Made by a program: the position numbers and the translations under genes. The notes beneath the pieces were generated by a model that was given only the letters and a program-made list of their open reading frames with translations, was not told the origin of the DNA and searched no databases. 64,000 bases of DNA, from the NCBI GenBank assembly GCA_964106645.2, contig OZ067040.1; one strand, given 5' to 3'. This document shows, piece after piece, positions 36,760 through 49,207 of this stretch (positions within the stretch are counted from its first letter, which is position 1; each line of letters opens with the position of its first letter). This DNA comes from Podarcis pityusensis (lineage: Eukaryota).

Positions 36760-37970
36760 TCCGAGCCAGCGAGACGCGCCATTGTAACGAGTACTCACTT
36801 CTTATTTACAGACCCGGTGCCCTCTCCTCGCTTCACGGCCAGGCATTTTTTCAGGGCTCGGGGAGGCAGAGTTTGAGAGCTGAGAGAGGTGGCGAGGGGG
36901 TCGGGGTGGGAGAGGAAAGAGGAGGGGAAGGGGGGGAGAGAAAAGAAAGAGAGAGGAGCAGCGCGTGGGTCGGAAGAGGCACCACAGAGATAGAAAGAGA
37001 GGGAGAGGGGGGGGAGAGAGGCAGGCGGGCGGGCAGGCACACGCGCGCACGCACACGCAGGGAGGCATACAAAAAAAGGAAAGGAAAGGAAAGAAAGAAA
37101 AAGCTGCTCAGCTCGGATTCCACGCGCGCCCTCTCGCCGGGGTGTGAGCTGCCTGCGCGCGCCTGTGTGTGTGTGTGTGTGTGTGTGTGTATGCGCGTGT
37201 GTGAGGCGCCTCGTGCGTGCGTCTCCTGCGGTGTCTGGGTGCCTGTGCAAAGCGACTGGCTCCACTCAAGGTGTGTATGATTCCGTGTGTGTGTGTGTGT
37301 GTGCGTGTGGAAACTCCCTCCGCTCGCTGCTCTCCTCCTCTCCCCACCCACCTCTCCCGGCCACCTCCGTCCTCCCAACCTTCCCGAGCGCGCGGCTCGC
37401 GCCTTTCTGGACGTAAAGGGGTCTCGGCACTCCGAAAAGGAAGCGACGGGAGTCTTCTGGCGCGCTGTCCACGGAGCCCTTTCCGCAGTTCTCGGGGTTT
37501 AGTTTTAATGGAACTGCTGAGGTGTTTGTGAGGGGCGAGTACCTTCGCCCGCCCCCTACCCCTCTCGCTTCGAAGAGGCGACTCTGCCGGCTGGGCGCCT
37601 CCACAACTGCCCTTCCTACATATCTCTGTGAATGGAGGGGACTACAGGCAGCCCTATATATTGTATATACAATTATAACATTAAAGGCAAATGATGCTCA
37701 GGCATGACCTATGGCCCTGACCCCTCTCTGTGGGCAAGCTTTCCTGCTAGGGTGGGCTCTTCGAGGCGACTCTCCTGCCAGATGTGTATGACTGACAGCC
37801 CTTCTTCCCCGCCCACCTCGATGCGCGCGCGCGCCCGTGGCACGACGGGCCGGCCCATACTCGCCAATCGGCCCTTTTCCCGCCAAACGCCAGTTGTGTG
37901 TGGAAGCTGAAGCCTTTGGTCTCCTCAGGGGGCAACAGCCACAGGAGCCCTGCCAGCACCCGTCGACCCG
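36760..37970. promoter_or_regulatory. CpG island / KCNK2 promoter
   Basis: GC-rich, CpG-dense block in an otherwise CpG-depleted window. Contains GC boxes, (GT)n and (CG)n tracts, CCAAT (37864-37868) and TTTTCCCGCCAAA (37875-37887). Overlaps exon 1. Confidence 0.85.
36799..37200 (-). other. KCNK2: KCNK2 exon 1 (5' UTR; contributes only the A of the start codon); 5' boundary uncertain
   Basis: Minus strand ...TGTAAATAAGAA|gtgagtac is a consensus donor inside the CpG island. Joined to exon 2 (TGGCGGCA...) it gives AAGA-ATG-GCG-GCA-CCT = MAAP, the known short TREK-1 N-terminus. TSS cannot be determined from sequence. Confidence 0.8.
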
Positions 37971-39160
37971 CAACAGCTTCTACCTGCTCTCTTTCTTATA
38001 CAGCCAGTCCATCTTCCTCCTCCTCCTCCGCCTCAGTCTCCATGCTGTCCTTCGTAAAACTCAGCAGGGTTGATGGGGGACAAAACTATAATTAGTTATC
38101 TCTGCCTCGCCTTGGCTCTGGTTCTGCCCGTCATTGGTTCTGGCTCCGCCTATATATAACCAACCATTTTGGTTATATATTATTAACTATTACTGGTGAT
38201 AGATGCCAGCCAATGCTAGGGAGGGAAGTCCTAAGGTAAAGAGGAAGCAGCACTTGTTAAATGGGAAGAAACATACAAACACATTCCTTTGTCCTGACCC
38301 TTTGATGACCCCTTCTCTTGGACGTCTGGCCTGAGTCATCCACATTTACCTTTTGCCCTGCGTTTTCTAGGCACAGGTCTGTGCTTTTTCTGACCCACCA
38401 CTTACCCCAAGAAAACCCACTCCCTAATGCTCAATCAGAACAAACAGCAATTCGGGTTTTTCCACAGACTGCGGAGAGCGTTAAAGAGTGGGTTTCTGCA
38501 GGGAAAGAAGGGGGGCAAAAGGAAGGATGGAAGTGGCACATACTAGAAGAGCACAGCTCAGTACCTGGAAAGTACGGAGGAAAATTAGTGCAGATGAGCC
38601 CAGAGTCTCAGTCAGGACCATACATATAAACATTAATAAGTTGTTGTGAACTGGGGACAGCCTTCTTGGGACCTTTCATTAAAACTTAAAATGCCTTTGA
38701 GCCTCTCTCACATGCTGCTTGTACAAGCACACATGTGAGGGTTTGCCAAGCGTTGGATAGAAAGCAAAAGAGAGATGGCTTTAATTCAAATGCACCTTGT
38801 AAGCCAATTGAGTTTGCAGATGCAGAAAAGCCAGTTCAAACAACACAGGTGAAATTGGCCTAACTAAAGGTTTGCCCAGGTTGCTCTCATTTAAGGGATC
38901 AGGTGTGCAGTTTCATTACACTTAACCCTCTGGAAACTGGTCTTTGGCAAGTTGCTTCCACAGTCCCTGCCAGCCTCTCCAGCCAAGAGCTTAGCTAATT
39001 TATCAACAGAATTATTTGGTGCAACTCTTGTTAGGACTTATATTGCTTATGCTTCCTCATTGAAAACGAGTACATATAAAAGTTGTGAGTCAGGGAGGAG
39101 ACCAGCCTTAGAGCTGTTCTCTCTTACATTTTTGTTTTCTACATGTAGGATATTATAGGG

Positions 39161-39271
39161 CAGGGTTCCCAAACTTGGGTCTCCATCATCCCTAGCTAGC
39201 AGGACCAGTTGTCAGGGATGATGGGAATTGTAGTCCAAAACTAGCTGGAGACCCAAATTTGGGAAACCCTG
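39161..39271. mobile_element. hAT (Charlie-like) MITE
   Basis: TIR cagggttcccaaacttgggtctcca / tggagacccaaatttgggaaaccctg; TSD ttataggg/ctataggg. Confidence 0.85.
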
Positions 39272-40639
39272 CTATAGGGAATGAAATACCCCTACCTGAA
39301 GTCATGCAGTTAACAAGAGGACAGCCTCTGGCTCTCCAGATGTTGTTGGACTCCAAATCATGGCTAATAGCAGGGGCTGCAACATCTGGCATGTCACAGG
39401 TTATTTACTTCTGCATGACTAATCATATAGCTTAGCTCCATAAAGGTCAATTGCAGGTACAGGTTTTCCCTTTTTTATTTACTGAAAGCACTTCTAAGCT
39501 ACTTTTAGCAATTATTTCAAGGCAGTTTACAAAAAAATAAAAGTAACAATAAGTAAAACAAATAAAACAAACAGCATATAAAGGCACAATTAATACTCAG
39601 GGAATAAACTATTTTTTAAAAAGCTTTTACATGTCTGGATGAATTTTTTTGCCTAGTACATAAAGGACCATAAGGCATACTTCCCCAGAGATGGCATTTC
39701 ATAACACCACTTCCAGAAAACCTGTATTTGGCTACCTCCAGCCCATTTGGGCCAAGCTATGCTTTCCTGTCCTACACCTGAAATCATATGTGACATTATC
39801 TGTATGATATGGGGCAAGAGAAAATATGACACAGCTGGAAGCGGGTTGGTAGGCATCACCCATTAGCTGATTTGCCATTCCTGCCTTAATTGCAAGCCTC
39901 ATCTCCAACAGAAGTGATATTTAGAGGAAGGCATCAGTTTGATGGCCTTAGAATATGGGACAGGAATGAGGAAATTGATTCAGATGGCAGGTCAGAGTCT
40001 TATCGCACACACCCCCATGGGCCAATTTTGGTAGGTAGGCAGGAGCACCCACCCATCAATCACCTAATGTCATAATGAGGCCAGGTAACTGACAGGTGTC
40101 AAAGTTCCAAGGAGGTCACTGTAATCACTGATCATCTGTTTGAGCAATCCTCTTTGAGCCGTGCAGAAGTATGCCTTCAAAGAAGCTCCCTTTAACCCAT
40201 AACCAGCTTTTGTTGTTGTTAGAGGTCTCTGAATAACAGGAAACTCCTCCTAAAACTAAAAGGCACTAAGCCCAGCACTTGCAAAGCACATTGTGCAGTG
40301 TTTCCAAACCTGATCAGTGGTGCCTGCAAAGCCCTTTTTGCCCAAGCTCTACCTTACATGCTCCTTACTCGATGGCATGTGATGTCGGGTGTAGGGCAGA
40401 TGGGTGTGGCTTGCCTAAAATGGCTTTGTGAGCCAAATGGGGTGGGCTGGTGAACCTAATTAGGCCTGTGGGCTGAAGGCTCTCCACTCATGGCATAGGA
40501 GAGGTGGTGTTCCATCAAATTACTGTATGCACCATAGCCCAAACCATCAGCACCAAAAGCTGCCATATGGAAGTGTACTGAGAGTGTGGGTTACAAATGA
40601 GGGGGAAGCATATTGTTCTACATCATGTGCTTAGTCTTA

Positions 40640-40888
40640 AGAAGAGTTTGGATTGGATTTGATATCCCGCTTTATCACTACCCGAGGGAGTCTCAAAGCG
40701 GCTAACATTTTCCTTTCCCTTCCTCCCCCACAACAAACACTGTGTGAGGTGAGCAGGGCTGAGAGACTTCAAAGAAGTGTGACTGGCCCAAGGTCACCCA
40801 GCAGCTGCATGTGGAGGAGCGGAGATGCGAACCCGGTTCCCCAGATTACAAGTCTATCACTCTTAACCACTACACCACACTGGCTCTC
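40640..40888 (-). mobile_element. tRNA-derived SINE (Squam3-like)
   Basis: Reverse complement of the 54204 copy; box A ggtgtagtggtt, box B gggttcgc; (CTT)n tail. Confidence 0.85.
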
Positions 40889-41859
40889 TTAATCCCAATA
40901 AACAAGGCTTTCAACTTTCAAACCAATTTTTTGAATGTGTATTATTAAATATGTTGTAAAGGCTGCACCACGATCTGTGCTGTACACACATAAGGTATTT
41001 ATTCAATTGTGCATTGAAGCTTTTATCCTTAAATCTATTTAGATCAATAGGGTGAATTCTTAAGGGCCAGCTTCACACCCCACTTTTCTCAAGCAGACTG
41101 ATCTCTGTGATGCAGAGAAACAAGTATAAATAAAATAAGTGCATTTAGGCATCTATCTTCCAATAACATACCTTAGAACATTCTCTTCCAATAATATACC
41201 TTAGAGCAAATACTCTAGAGTAAGTTGTTTTAGGAGTGTAGCCATAACTCGGATGTAGGCTTTGGCCCGAATACTACTTACTACTGGAAGGATCTGCAAA
41301 GCTCCACAATTTGTAGTGGAGCCTCCAGATAGAAAGGGCATCACTACATATTTACATGACCTAATTCTCTTCCGCTAGAGCCTGGAAAAAAAACTGTACA
41401 TAAAATATCACGCTCCTTTCCCCCCTGAAAAGTTTGTTACCAATGGCCCTGTATAAACACTGCCTGTTCCTCCCATGAGGGAAAAGATTCTCTTCCTACA
41501 GTTCCTTCTACAGTTGTATGGAAAAAGCGGCATAAGGCATTTTATCTAAGGGTTGTCTGTAAGACGCATTAAGTAGAACAGCCTCGCCTTATTGTTTTTA
41601 GCATTTCCTGTTTCATAGGACTTATGCTGTCACTTGTGTTCCATGGAACACATGCATTTACACTTTTTATTTTCTTTCATTAAAATCCTTGCCTTTCTTT
41701 CACCATGGGAAGTAAATCAGTGTGCATATGGTTTTCAGGTGGAAATCCATCCAGACACTGACCAGTCCCAGACTCACTTAGCTTTAGCAAGGTGGTGACC
41801 TCGTTTTATCTTCACAGGTATCCTGGGCTGATTCTGACTTCATTTGCCTTCATATTCAC

Positions 41860-42433
41860 GGGGTCTCTGCCATGGGAGCATATTCATCCAGTGCTTTTCA
41901 AGCTGCACTGGCTCCCGGTGGAGTACAGGGTCAGATTTAAGGTGCTGCTTTTGACCTTTAAAACCCTTCACGGCCTAGGACCCTCGTACCTACGGGACCG
42001 CCTCTCCCGGTATGCCCCACGGAGAGCCTCAAGGTCCATAAATAGCAACACCCTAGTGGTCCCGGGCCCTAAGAAAGTTAGATTAGCTTCAACCAGAGCC
42101 AGGGCCTTTTCAGCACTGGCTCCGGCCCGGTGGAACACTCTGCCTCATGAGACCAGGGCCCTGCAGGATCTGATTTCTTTCCGCAAGGCCTGTAAGACAG
42201 AGTTGTTCCACCTGGCCTTTGGTTTGGAGCCAATTTGATTCCCTCCCTCTCTTTCTTTTTTCTTTTCCTTCTCCTCCTGCGAGGAGGCTACATTTTAATA
42301 TTTTAATGTTTCAATATTTTAATGTTGTATTTTAATTTTGTTTTTAAGTTGTAATCATTCAACTTGTTTTTATTATTGCTTGTAAGCCGCTCTGAGCCCG
42401 GCCTTGGCTGGGGAGGGCGGGGTATAAATAAAA

Positions 42434-42481
<48 letters not shown>
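41860..42481 (+). mobile_element. L2 LINE 3' fragment with (TTG)n tail
   Basis: HIHPVLFKLHWLPVEYRVRFKVLLLTFKTLHGLGPSYL...RAFSALAPARWNTLP...FRKACKTELF is the canonical L2 ORF2 C-terminus. Confidence 0.92.
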
Positions 42482-44056
42482 ATATTACACTATGGGTCCT
42501 CTGTCAATCTATATAGCTAATGAAACATTTCAGAAAAAAGGGCCACCATCCTCAGATAACCAGGCTCTGAGAATTATGACAGCAGAATGAGATCCTTGTA
42601 GCAGCCTTCATTATTTAAAGTTATTTTCCACGAGTAGCAACTAAAGATTAGCAGCAAACAAAGGGTGCTTTTGCCTTTATCACATTAGCATCCTACTGAT
42701 AGAAGCAATTAACCCTTTCTCTTAATCATATTTATCACTGTCATACTCTACAGTATTGATTTCAATTGTTTTTGCAGCGCTTCCAAAGTTTAACATGTTT
42801 ATTTACTTAAAGTATTTGCCTGGTGCTTTTGTATTCTTGCACCAAATTGTCCCCTGCTAGTTTTACATTGGTTTTAAATTTATATGGTTTTTGCTTGTTG
42901 CATTTTTAAAAATCGTTTTAATTGTTTAGATTCTGGTCTGTTTTATACTTGTGGTGGGTTTTGTAAATTTCACAAAGCTAATTCTGCATGGACAGTATAT
43001 AAAAATAACAAATAAATACATAGGGTGGTAACCAACTAACAAGTTACATTAGTTAACTATTTTTAATTGTACAATGTAACTTGCCTACTCTGTCCTCTCC
43101 TTGTGTGCCCCCTAAATCTGTTGTGGGAATTCCTCCAACCCTGCAGAAGAAATTTAGTGGGGCACAGGGAAAGGAGAGGAGAAGGAGGGGACATTATATT
43201 GTGCAGCTAAATGTTGTTGCACTATCATCATTATATAGTTGGATACTGTCCATACTGTATATCTGACATTTTGTGGCATAGTCCTCAAAAGGTGGTATAC
43301 AAAATATACTTTACAAAAGTGAGACTATTTTTGCTATAAAATGACAACAAGTCTAGGGTGAGCCCATCACTGGCAGAGATCTGAAGCTCAACCTCCAAAC
43401 TTAGGATCTGCTCTATATGGTATAAAGACTATATTTGTTTGTTTTTACTTCATTTTCTCTGCTGTATCCTAACAAGCACAAGTGAGTACTTGCAGCAGTA
43501 ATAGCAGCAGCCCCAACATACCCAACCAATTTTTGTCATAGTTGTTAAAAATATAGGAGCTAGCTAGAACCTTCTCCAACTTCATAATTCTAGTGAGAGA
43601 TACCCCATATTCCCTGCAGCTTCCATAATTTACTGGCTATGTAAGCCTGAAGAAGACTGCTAGCAATGATTCAGGATGAGAGTGAAGAAAAAAAGTGGTC
43701 ATGCATTTTGCTCCACACTGTGCTGGTAATATAAGACATTTGTTTTCTGAAGCCATATCTAAAACCCATAGCTAAAATCCAGTCCTAAAATTTGTGCCAA
43801 CTTGTCTAATTGTGGCACCAAAGTAAGAGTGTGGCCACATCAATGAAAAGTCATGTTTTATGACATCTTCTTTGCAATGATATGCATGTTTATTCAGAAG
43901 TAAATCTAGTTAAGTTCAATAAAACTTTATCCCAGGTAAGGGTGTACAGGATTGCAGCCTAAACCATTTTGCTTTATGTTTGTTAAAATATTTCTATGCT
44001 ACAGTTCTTGTATCATCTACAACATTCTTATAGTACCATTCTGTCCTAACACATTT

Positions 44057-44284
44057 GTAAAGGTAAAGGTAAAGGGACCCCTGACCATTAGGTCCAGTTG
44101 TGGCCGACTCTAGGGTTGCGGCGCTCATCTCGCTTTATTGGCCGAGGGAGCCGGCATACAGCTTCCGGGTCATGTGGCCAGCATGACTAAGCCGCTTCTG
44201 GCGAACCAGAGCAGCGCACGGAAACGCCGTTTACCTTCCCGCTGGAGCGGTACCTATTTATCTACTTGCACTCTGACGAGCTTT
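44057..44284 (-). mobile_element. Sauria SINE, 5'-truncated
   Basis: (AAAGGT)n tail on plus strand; body matches the other two copies. Confidence 0.88.
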
Positions 44285-45239
44285 GTACTTTGCAGTAAAT
44301 TTTGTGAGGGGCTTTAAACTTGCCTTTCTCCTTATTCTCATCCATAAGCCTTTGTACATTATACAGGCATATAATAAGCAACCATTCAATGCATCTAAAA
44401 ATCAACTTGTATTACAGTCCAGTACTGCAATACTGGCACACAAAACTATTTAATAATAGGTAAACAAGTCTAGTTAGCAAGTGCAAGGTAATGTGTAATA
44501 AAAAGTTTGAGTGACCGTAATTGTTTGCCATTGAGAAATGTTTGGTATAAAAAGGTCATTTCTTGTTTATATCGTGTTATTTTTTTGGTTATTTCTAAGT
44601 TTATGCCTCATTTCAGCATTGGACACCCTTGCTGCTTTTTCAGCTGAAACATTACTCAGTGTGATGGTTTTAATAAGAGACATCTTGAATCCGGGAAAGA
44701 AAAACATCTTGTTCATGCCCGACAAAAAAGGTCTATGTTGCATGCCATATTTTCTTTGGGACCTTTTATTTTTGCAGTGTCTGTTCCACAGAATCAAGCC
44801 TTCTTATATTTTTGTTGTAATGCTCACTGGAATATTGTGTGTGACCATCTTGCCCTTCCAATTTAGAGGTGACCTCTGAACAGTTTGAAGTTTGAGCACT
44901 ACATTGGTTCAGAACTTCATTAAGCAAACAAGCTCAAACACTGCAAAAACATACTGCAGACAAACATAGACAGGATCAAGTGAGGGCCGAGGTTACAATA
45001 TATCTTTCTAGTTTTCCTAGCAAATTCTTTGCAACTGATGTCACCAGAGAACAACATAAGAAAAATATTTAAAAGTTGTGGGCAGAGTACATGGCACCCA
45101 CGTTGTTTATAAACAGAAGAAACACAGTTGCATGAACGTGGAGCACCTTGGAAAACCGTTCAACACCCATGGACGCATTTGAAATACTTCAGTAATGGAA
45201 GGCTGAAGCTAATGTCCACGTTAGCATACAGAACCATCT

Positions 45240-45520
45240 TTGAATCCTGTTTCCACAAGTACAGCTAGTGTCAAGACAGAGTTCAGTGTCATTTGCGCTT
45301 GTAATCTTCAGAAAGGTGCTGCTGGATTGGCTGATAATGTATGCCACAGGTCTAGAGAAAATAGCAAGGGGTGTCATGGATCAAGTGAGGAAATACCATC
45401 TGGACCCCCATCTAACAGTGACACTGGGTACTGTCAATAGTTCCAGGACCAGCTCATCCCATCTCCAGAATGCCTTGTTAATAATATTTTTCACTGGCTC
45501 CTGCATGTCTGCATCCCTAG
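45240..45520 (-). mobile_element. Highly decayed LINE RT fragment (L2-like)
   Basis: ANDTELCL resembles the YADDTQLY RT motif; otherwise degenerate. Confidence 0.35.
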
Positions 45521-45580
45521 CCATGAAACAAGGAGCTCTGGCCTGATAGGCTGACACTGGCAGGGCTGGGCAGTAGTATC

Positions 45581-45634
45581 TAGTATTAGTATTAGTATTA
45601 GTATTAGTATTAGTATTAGTATTAGTATTAGTAT
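45581..45634. repeat. (TAGTAT)n hexanucleotide microsatellite
   Basis: Directly visible. Confidence 0.95.
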
Positions 45635-47666
45635 GCATCACCTTGTAGTCCAGGGTCTCAAGGCAACTTACATAAGAAACAGATAAATATTTAAAACATG
45701 CAGTAATAACAAAAAGTAACCACACTAAACATATATGAGGCTAGAATACAACCCGTAATCTATCAGCGTTTCAGTGGGAGAAATGTCGCTGTGGTGTCAA
45801 ACATATTTAAAGCGAAGCTGTTCACAATCGCTACTTATGCTGAAAGAAAGAAAGAATTTCCCCATGTTTTCTTCCAGAAATAAATGTCGAAAGTGTTTAC
45901 ACTTGTATTTATTCATGGTGTTTTTCTGTAGGAAAACATTGCTTGGTTTTTTTGTGTTTTTTGTTTTTAAAAAGAGGAGAGAGACTCCTAGGTATCATTA
46001 ACTAAAATCTCAATCAAAGTAATTATCACACTCACTTGTATATCTTGATCACAGCATGACAAATTATTTGTTAGGCATCTATGTGATCGTTCTCTAATGC
46101 AGCACTAATTTATAGGGGGAACATTTTCACATGTGCCCATCTATTTTCATATTGCTCGGTTGCCACTCTTAATTGGGCTGTAATTTTTTCCAGCTCTCGT
46201 AACTGTCTTATTTATTCATGGACAGAGAGTGGGAAGTTGTTTCAGAATTCACAGTGTATTTGTTGTCATCATTAATATTGTCAAGGCATATTTTCTTCAA
46301 CTCGCAGGTCTCCTTGTGGGATTCCTGCTCTTGCCAGTGTCGCGTTACTAGCTCTTAATAGCTTTCACCTGGATGAAGTACTTAGAAGTAATCATGGACT
46401 GATAAGATTAATTGGCTTGGTTTGGCAGATCAGTTGGATTGATTTCGGATTAGCTTGAAATGAAAGATCATAGCATTGTACCTAATGGTGGTTTTGTACT
46501 AGTGAAAAACATTTGTGCTTGCACCACATAGGTCATCTGATTTTCAACTATCCCCCTCCCCCCACCACTGCAGTCTATGCCACCTCCTGGAAAGCTGAGT
46601 GGCTACCCAGAACATAGAAGACTGCAGCAGGCAAATAGGATTTGTGGGAACCTAATGCTTCATCTTGTGTGAGAAGAATAGTGTGAGAAGTCACTATTGG
46701 ATAGAGCTCATGGCACCCTATTTAGATGCTACTGATGGTCTATTGGCAGATATTGGTAGAATGTGAAACAAGCCGACTATTTGATTAATGATTTAATACG
46801 ACCATCATTCATTATGATTCTGCATTAATTATTGCCTATTTATCTGAAGAATGTATTGATTTATCATGATTATTCATTGAATTATGGAAAATGTTAAAGA
46901 TGTAGGAAATGTTTCAGTATTTTCCTTCCCTTCATGACTTCCTGTGCTTATTTATGTTAAAAATAAAAACGAAGAGTAATATAACTAAGTACTTTTAATT
47001 AAAAATGGAGCCTAGGCCTGGAGAAGCTGATGTTATTATTAAACCCGAGGTCATTACTGGTGATCAAATTATATCAGAACTGAATAGATTTGAGGATCAT
47101 TTGAGTATGAAGATGGATGTAGCAAAAATAAAAATTAAAAAAATGTGGATGACAGAGTCTACAAGCCAGGAGAGGTGGAAATAAGAAATGCTAACCCCTG
47201 AAACAAATTCCCCCAACAATGAGCCAACATTCCATGGCTACTTAGCCCTCACTGGACTGCTTAGGGTTCCTCCCCCACACACCAGATTTTCTGTACTTCT
47301 GAAAACATTGGGGCATTCACAAGCCTAGTGATACCTCTCTCTTTGCACAGACAGTACCATTTTGGCTACTTAAGTGATGGCACTGAACATTGAAATTAGA
47401 AGAAATGATTGGGTAAAACACAAGCTGATTAATTAACACAAAGGAGACAGACAAGCAGCAATAGAATGCTCACATGAAAAACATGAAGAAGCAGATGCAA
47501 AAATTATCACAATGCAGCAAGTGAGAAATAAGGAAGGAAGCAGGTTTTTTTTTTAGTGATTCTCTCTTCCCCTTTAAAATCTGCTTTGGCTAAAAACTGC
47601 TTTGTGGTGGTCCCCACCCCCATTCTCCAGAGTTTTGGTGGCAGCATGGTAGCTGTCCAAAAATCA

Positions 47667-47921
47667 CCGTATTTTTCGCTCTATAAGACGCACCAGACCA
47701 CAAGACGCACCTAGTTTTTGGAGGAGGAAAACAAGAAAAAATATATTCTGAATCTCAGAAGCCAGAACAGCAAGAGGGATCGCTACGCAGTGAAAGCAGC
47801 AATCCCTCTTTCTGTTCTGGCTTCTAGGATAGCTGCGCAGCCTGCATTCGCTCCATAAGACGCACACACATTTCCCCTTACTTTTTAGGAGGGAAAAGGT
47901 CTTATAGAGCAAAAAATACGG
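47667..47921. mobile_element. Tc2/pogo-type MITE
   Basis: TIR ccgtatttttcgctctataagac / gtcttatagagcaaaaaatacgg; TA on the right, CA on the left; internal hairpin about 47756-47826. Confidence 0.85.
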
Positions 47922-48269
47922 TACCTTTTTTCCTGTCCCACTGCTGGATACCTTCTGTATGCAGAATAAAGAAACAGAGGGAAAACCACTAAGGGGTCTC
48001 AGAGTAAATAATGGTGTTGTTGTTTTTTTAAAAAAAAAAACAGTTTAGTCCAATGATACAATTGGAGATTCCAGTGGGAAATCAGAAAAGTTTTAAGTTC
48101 CATCAAATTCTATTACATTTTCAATTAGATTGGGTCGATTTCTACCAAAGGGGAAGAAATCGTCTACTGACTCGGCAGTTGCTCATTTGCATTACATTTT
48201 GTGGGGATATTTGCTTTAGATGATCATATAACCATCAACGATACACATGTATCATTGCTTTGTTGTGTG

Positions 48270-49030
48270 CACCTTGTTGTTGTGGTCAGCATCCATCTGT
48301 CTCAAGAGACTGCAGTTTGCTGCCAGGACTAAAGTCAAACTGCTGGAGAATCACAGCATCTGCTATGGCTCCAGAGACCAGTAACTCAGAAACTCGTAAC
48401 TGCTGCCTCCCACATTGTTTTTGCTGCATTTTGCTGGGGTGCAAGACTGAGCAGTGTGTATGGAGGTCCTAGACTGCCCAGATGACAAGACACCCCCCCA
48501 TAACTTTGCTGATGTGGTTCAAAGGAAAACAGCAGTATGTTTGCCACCACTTGGCTGCAAGTGTTGCCAGAAGGACACATACAAGGTTCCATCCAACCAC
48601 CCTAGGGACTTCACACTGGATTTGTTTAGGGTTTACTCCTTAGCCTTTTCTTCTCCTGAAGATATACCACAAGGCAGCAGAGCTTTAAATGGGCTACTTT
48701 CCCAGGTTGACGATCCCCATCAGCCCCTCAGTTCCCTCTACAGCATGTGCAGAAACCGTCTCCTTAACCATTGGATCCACTATTGGTGTCGTCTGCTCAA
48801 TCCGCCGGAGCCTGTCTTCGCATCCCTAACTTACCAAGGGTTTGAGACCCATTGGCTACCCTCACCTGGTTTAGCCAGCAAATTGAAGCTGTGTGGCTGC
48901 TGTCACATGCTTCTTGGAGCCACAGGTGAGAGCTTGGTATGGACCAAGCGTGGACAAACTACCCCAGAAGGAGCATGATGTGCCCCCCCACAAGAAGCAT
49001 TACTCTTTCCCTAACACCCCATACAACCCC
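48270..49030 (-). mobile_element. RTE-related non-autonomous retroposon fragment
   Basis: (CAA)n tail on minus; 3' end similar to the RTE tail near 58360-58420; no RT recognised. Confidence 0.45.
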
Positions 49031-49033
49031 TAG

Positions 49034-49207
49034 TATAGGAGCCAACTTCTAGGAACTGTGAGGGCTTCAGCTCCCACAATAAAATATTTTAGGGGGCCAG
49101 GCACCCACAAAGTTGATGGGCTTTCCCATTCAAATGGGGTGTGATCGATTACATGGGGCGGGGCTTACCTGGGCCTCCACAATATGTTATTCAAGTTGGC
49201 ACCCCTG
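49034..49207. mobile_element. hAT MITE
   Basis: Ends tataggagccaac / gttggcacccctg; TSD acccctag/ccccctag. Confidence 0.7.

Noticed and set aside
36214-38095. Many overlapping ORFs in the CpG island
   Set aside because: Expected stop-codon depletion in GC-rich and microsatellite DNA; no protein similarity apart from the short segments discussed.
41745-41800. 5S rRNA-like sequence on the minus strand
   Set aside because: Short and diverged; at best a 5S-derived SINE remnant, not an rRNA gene.
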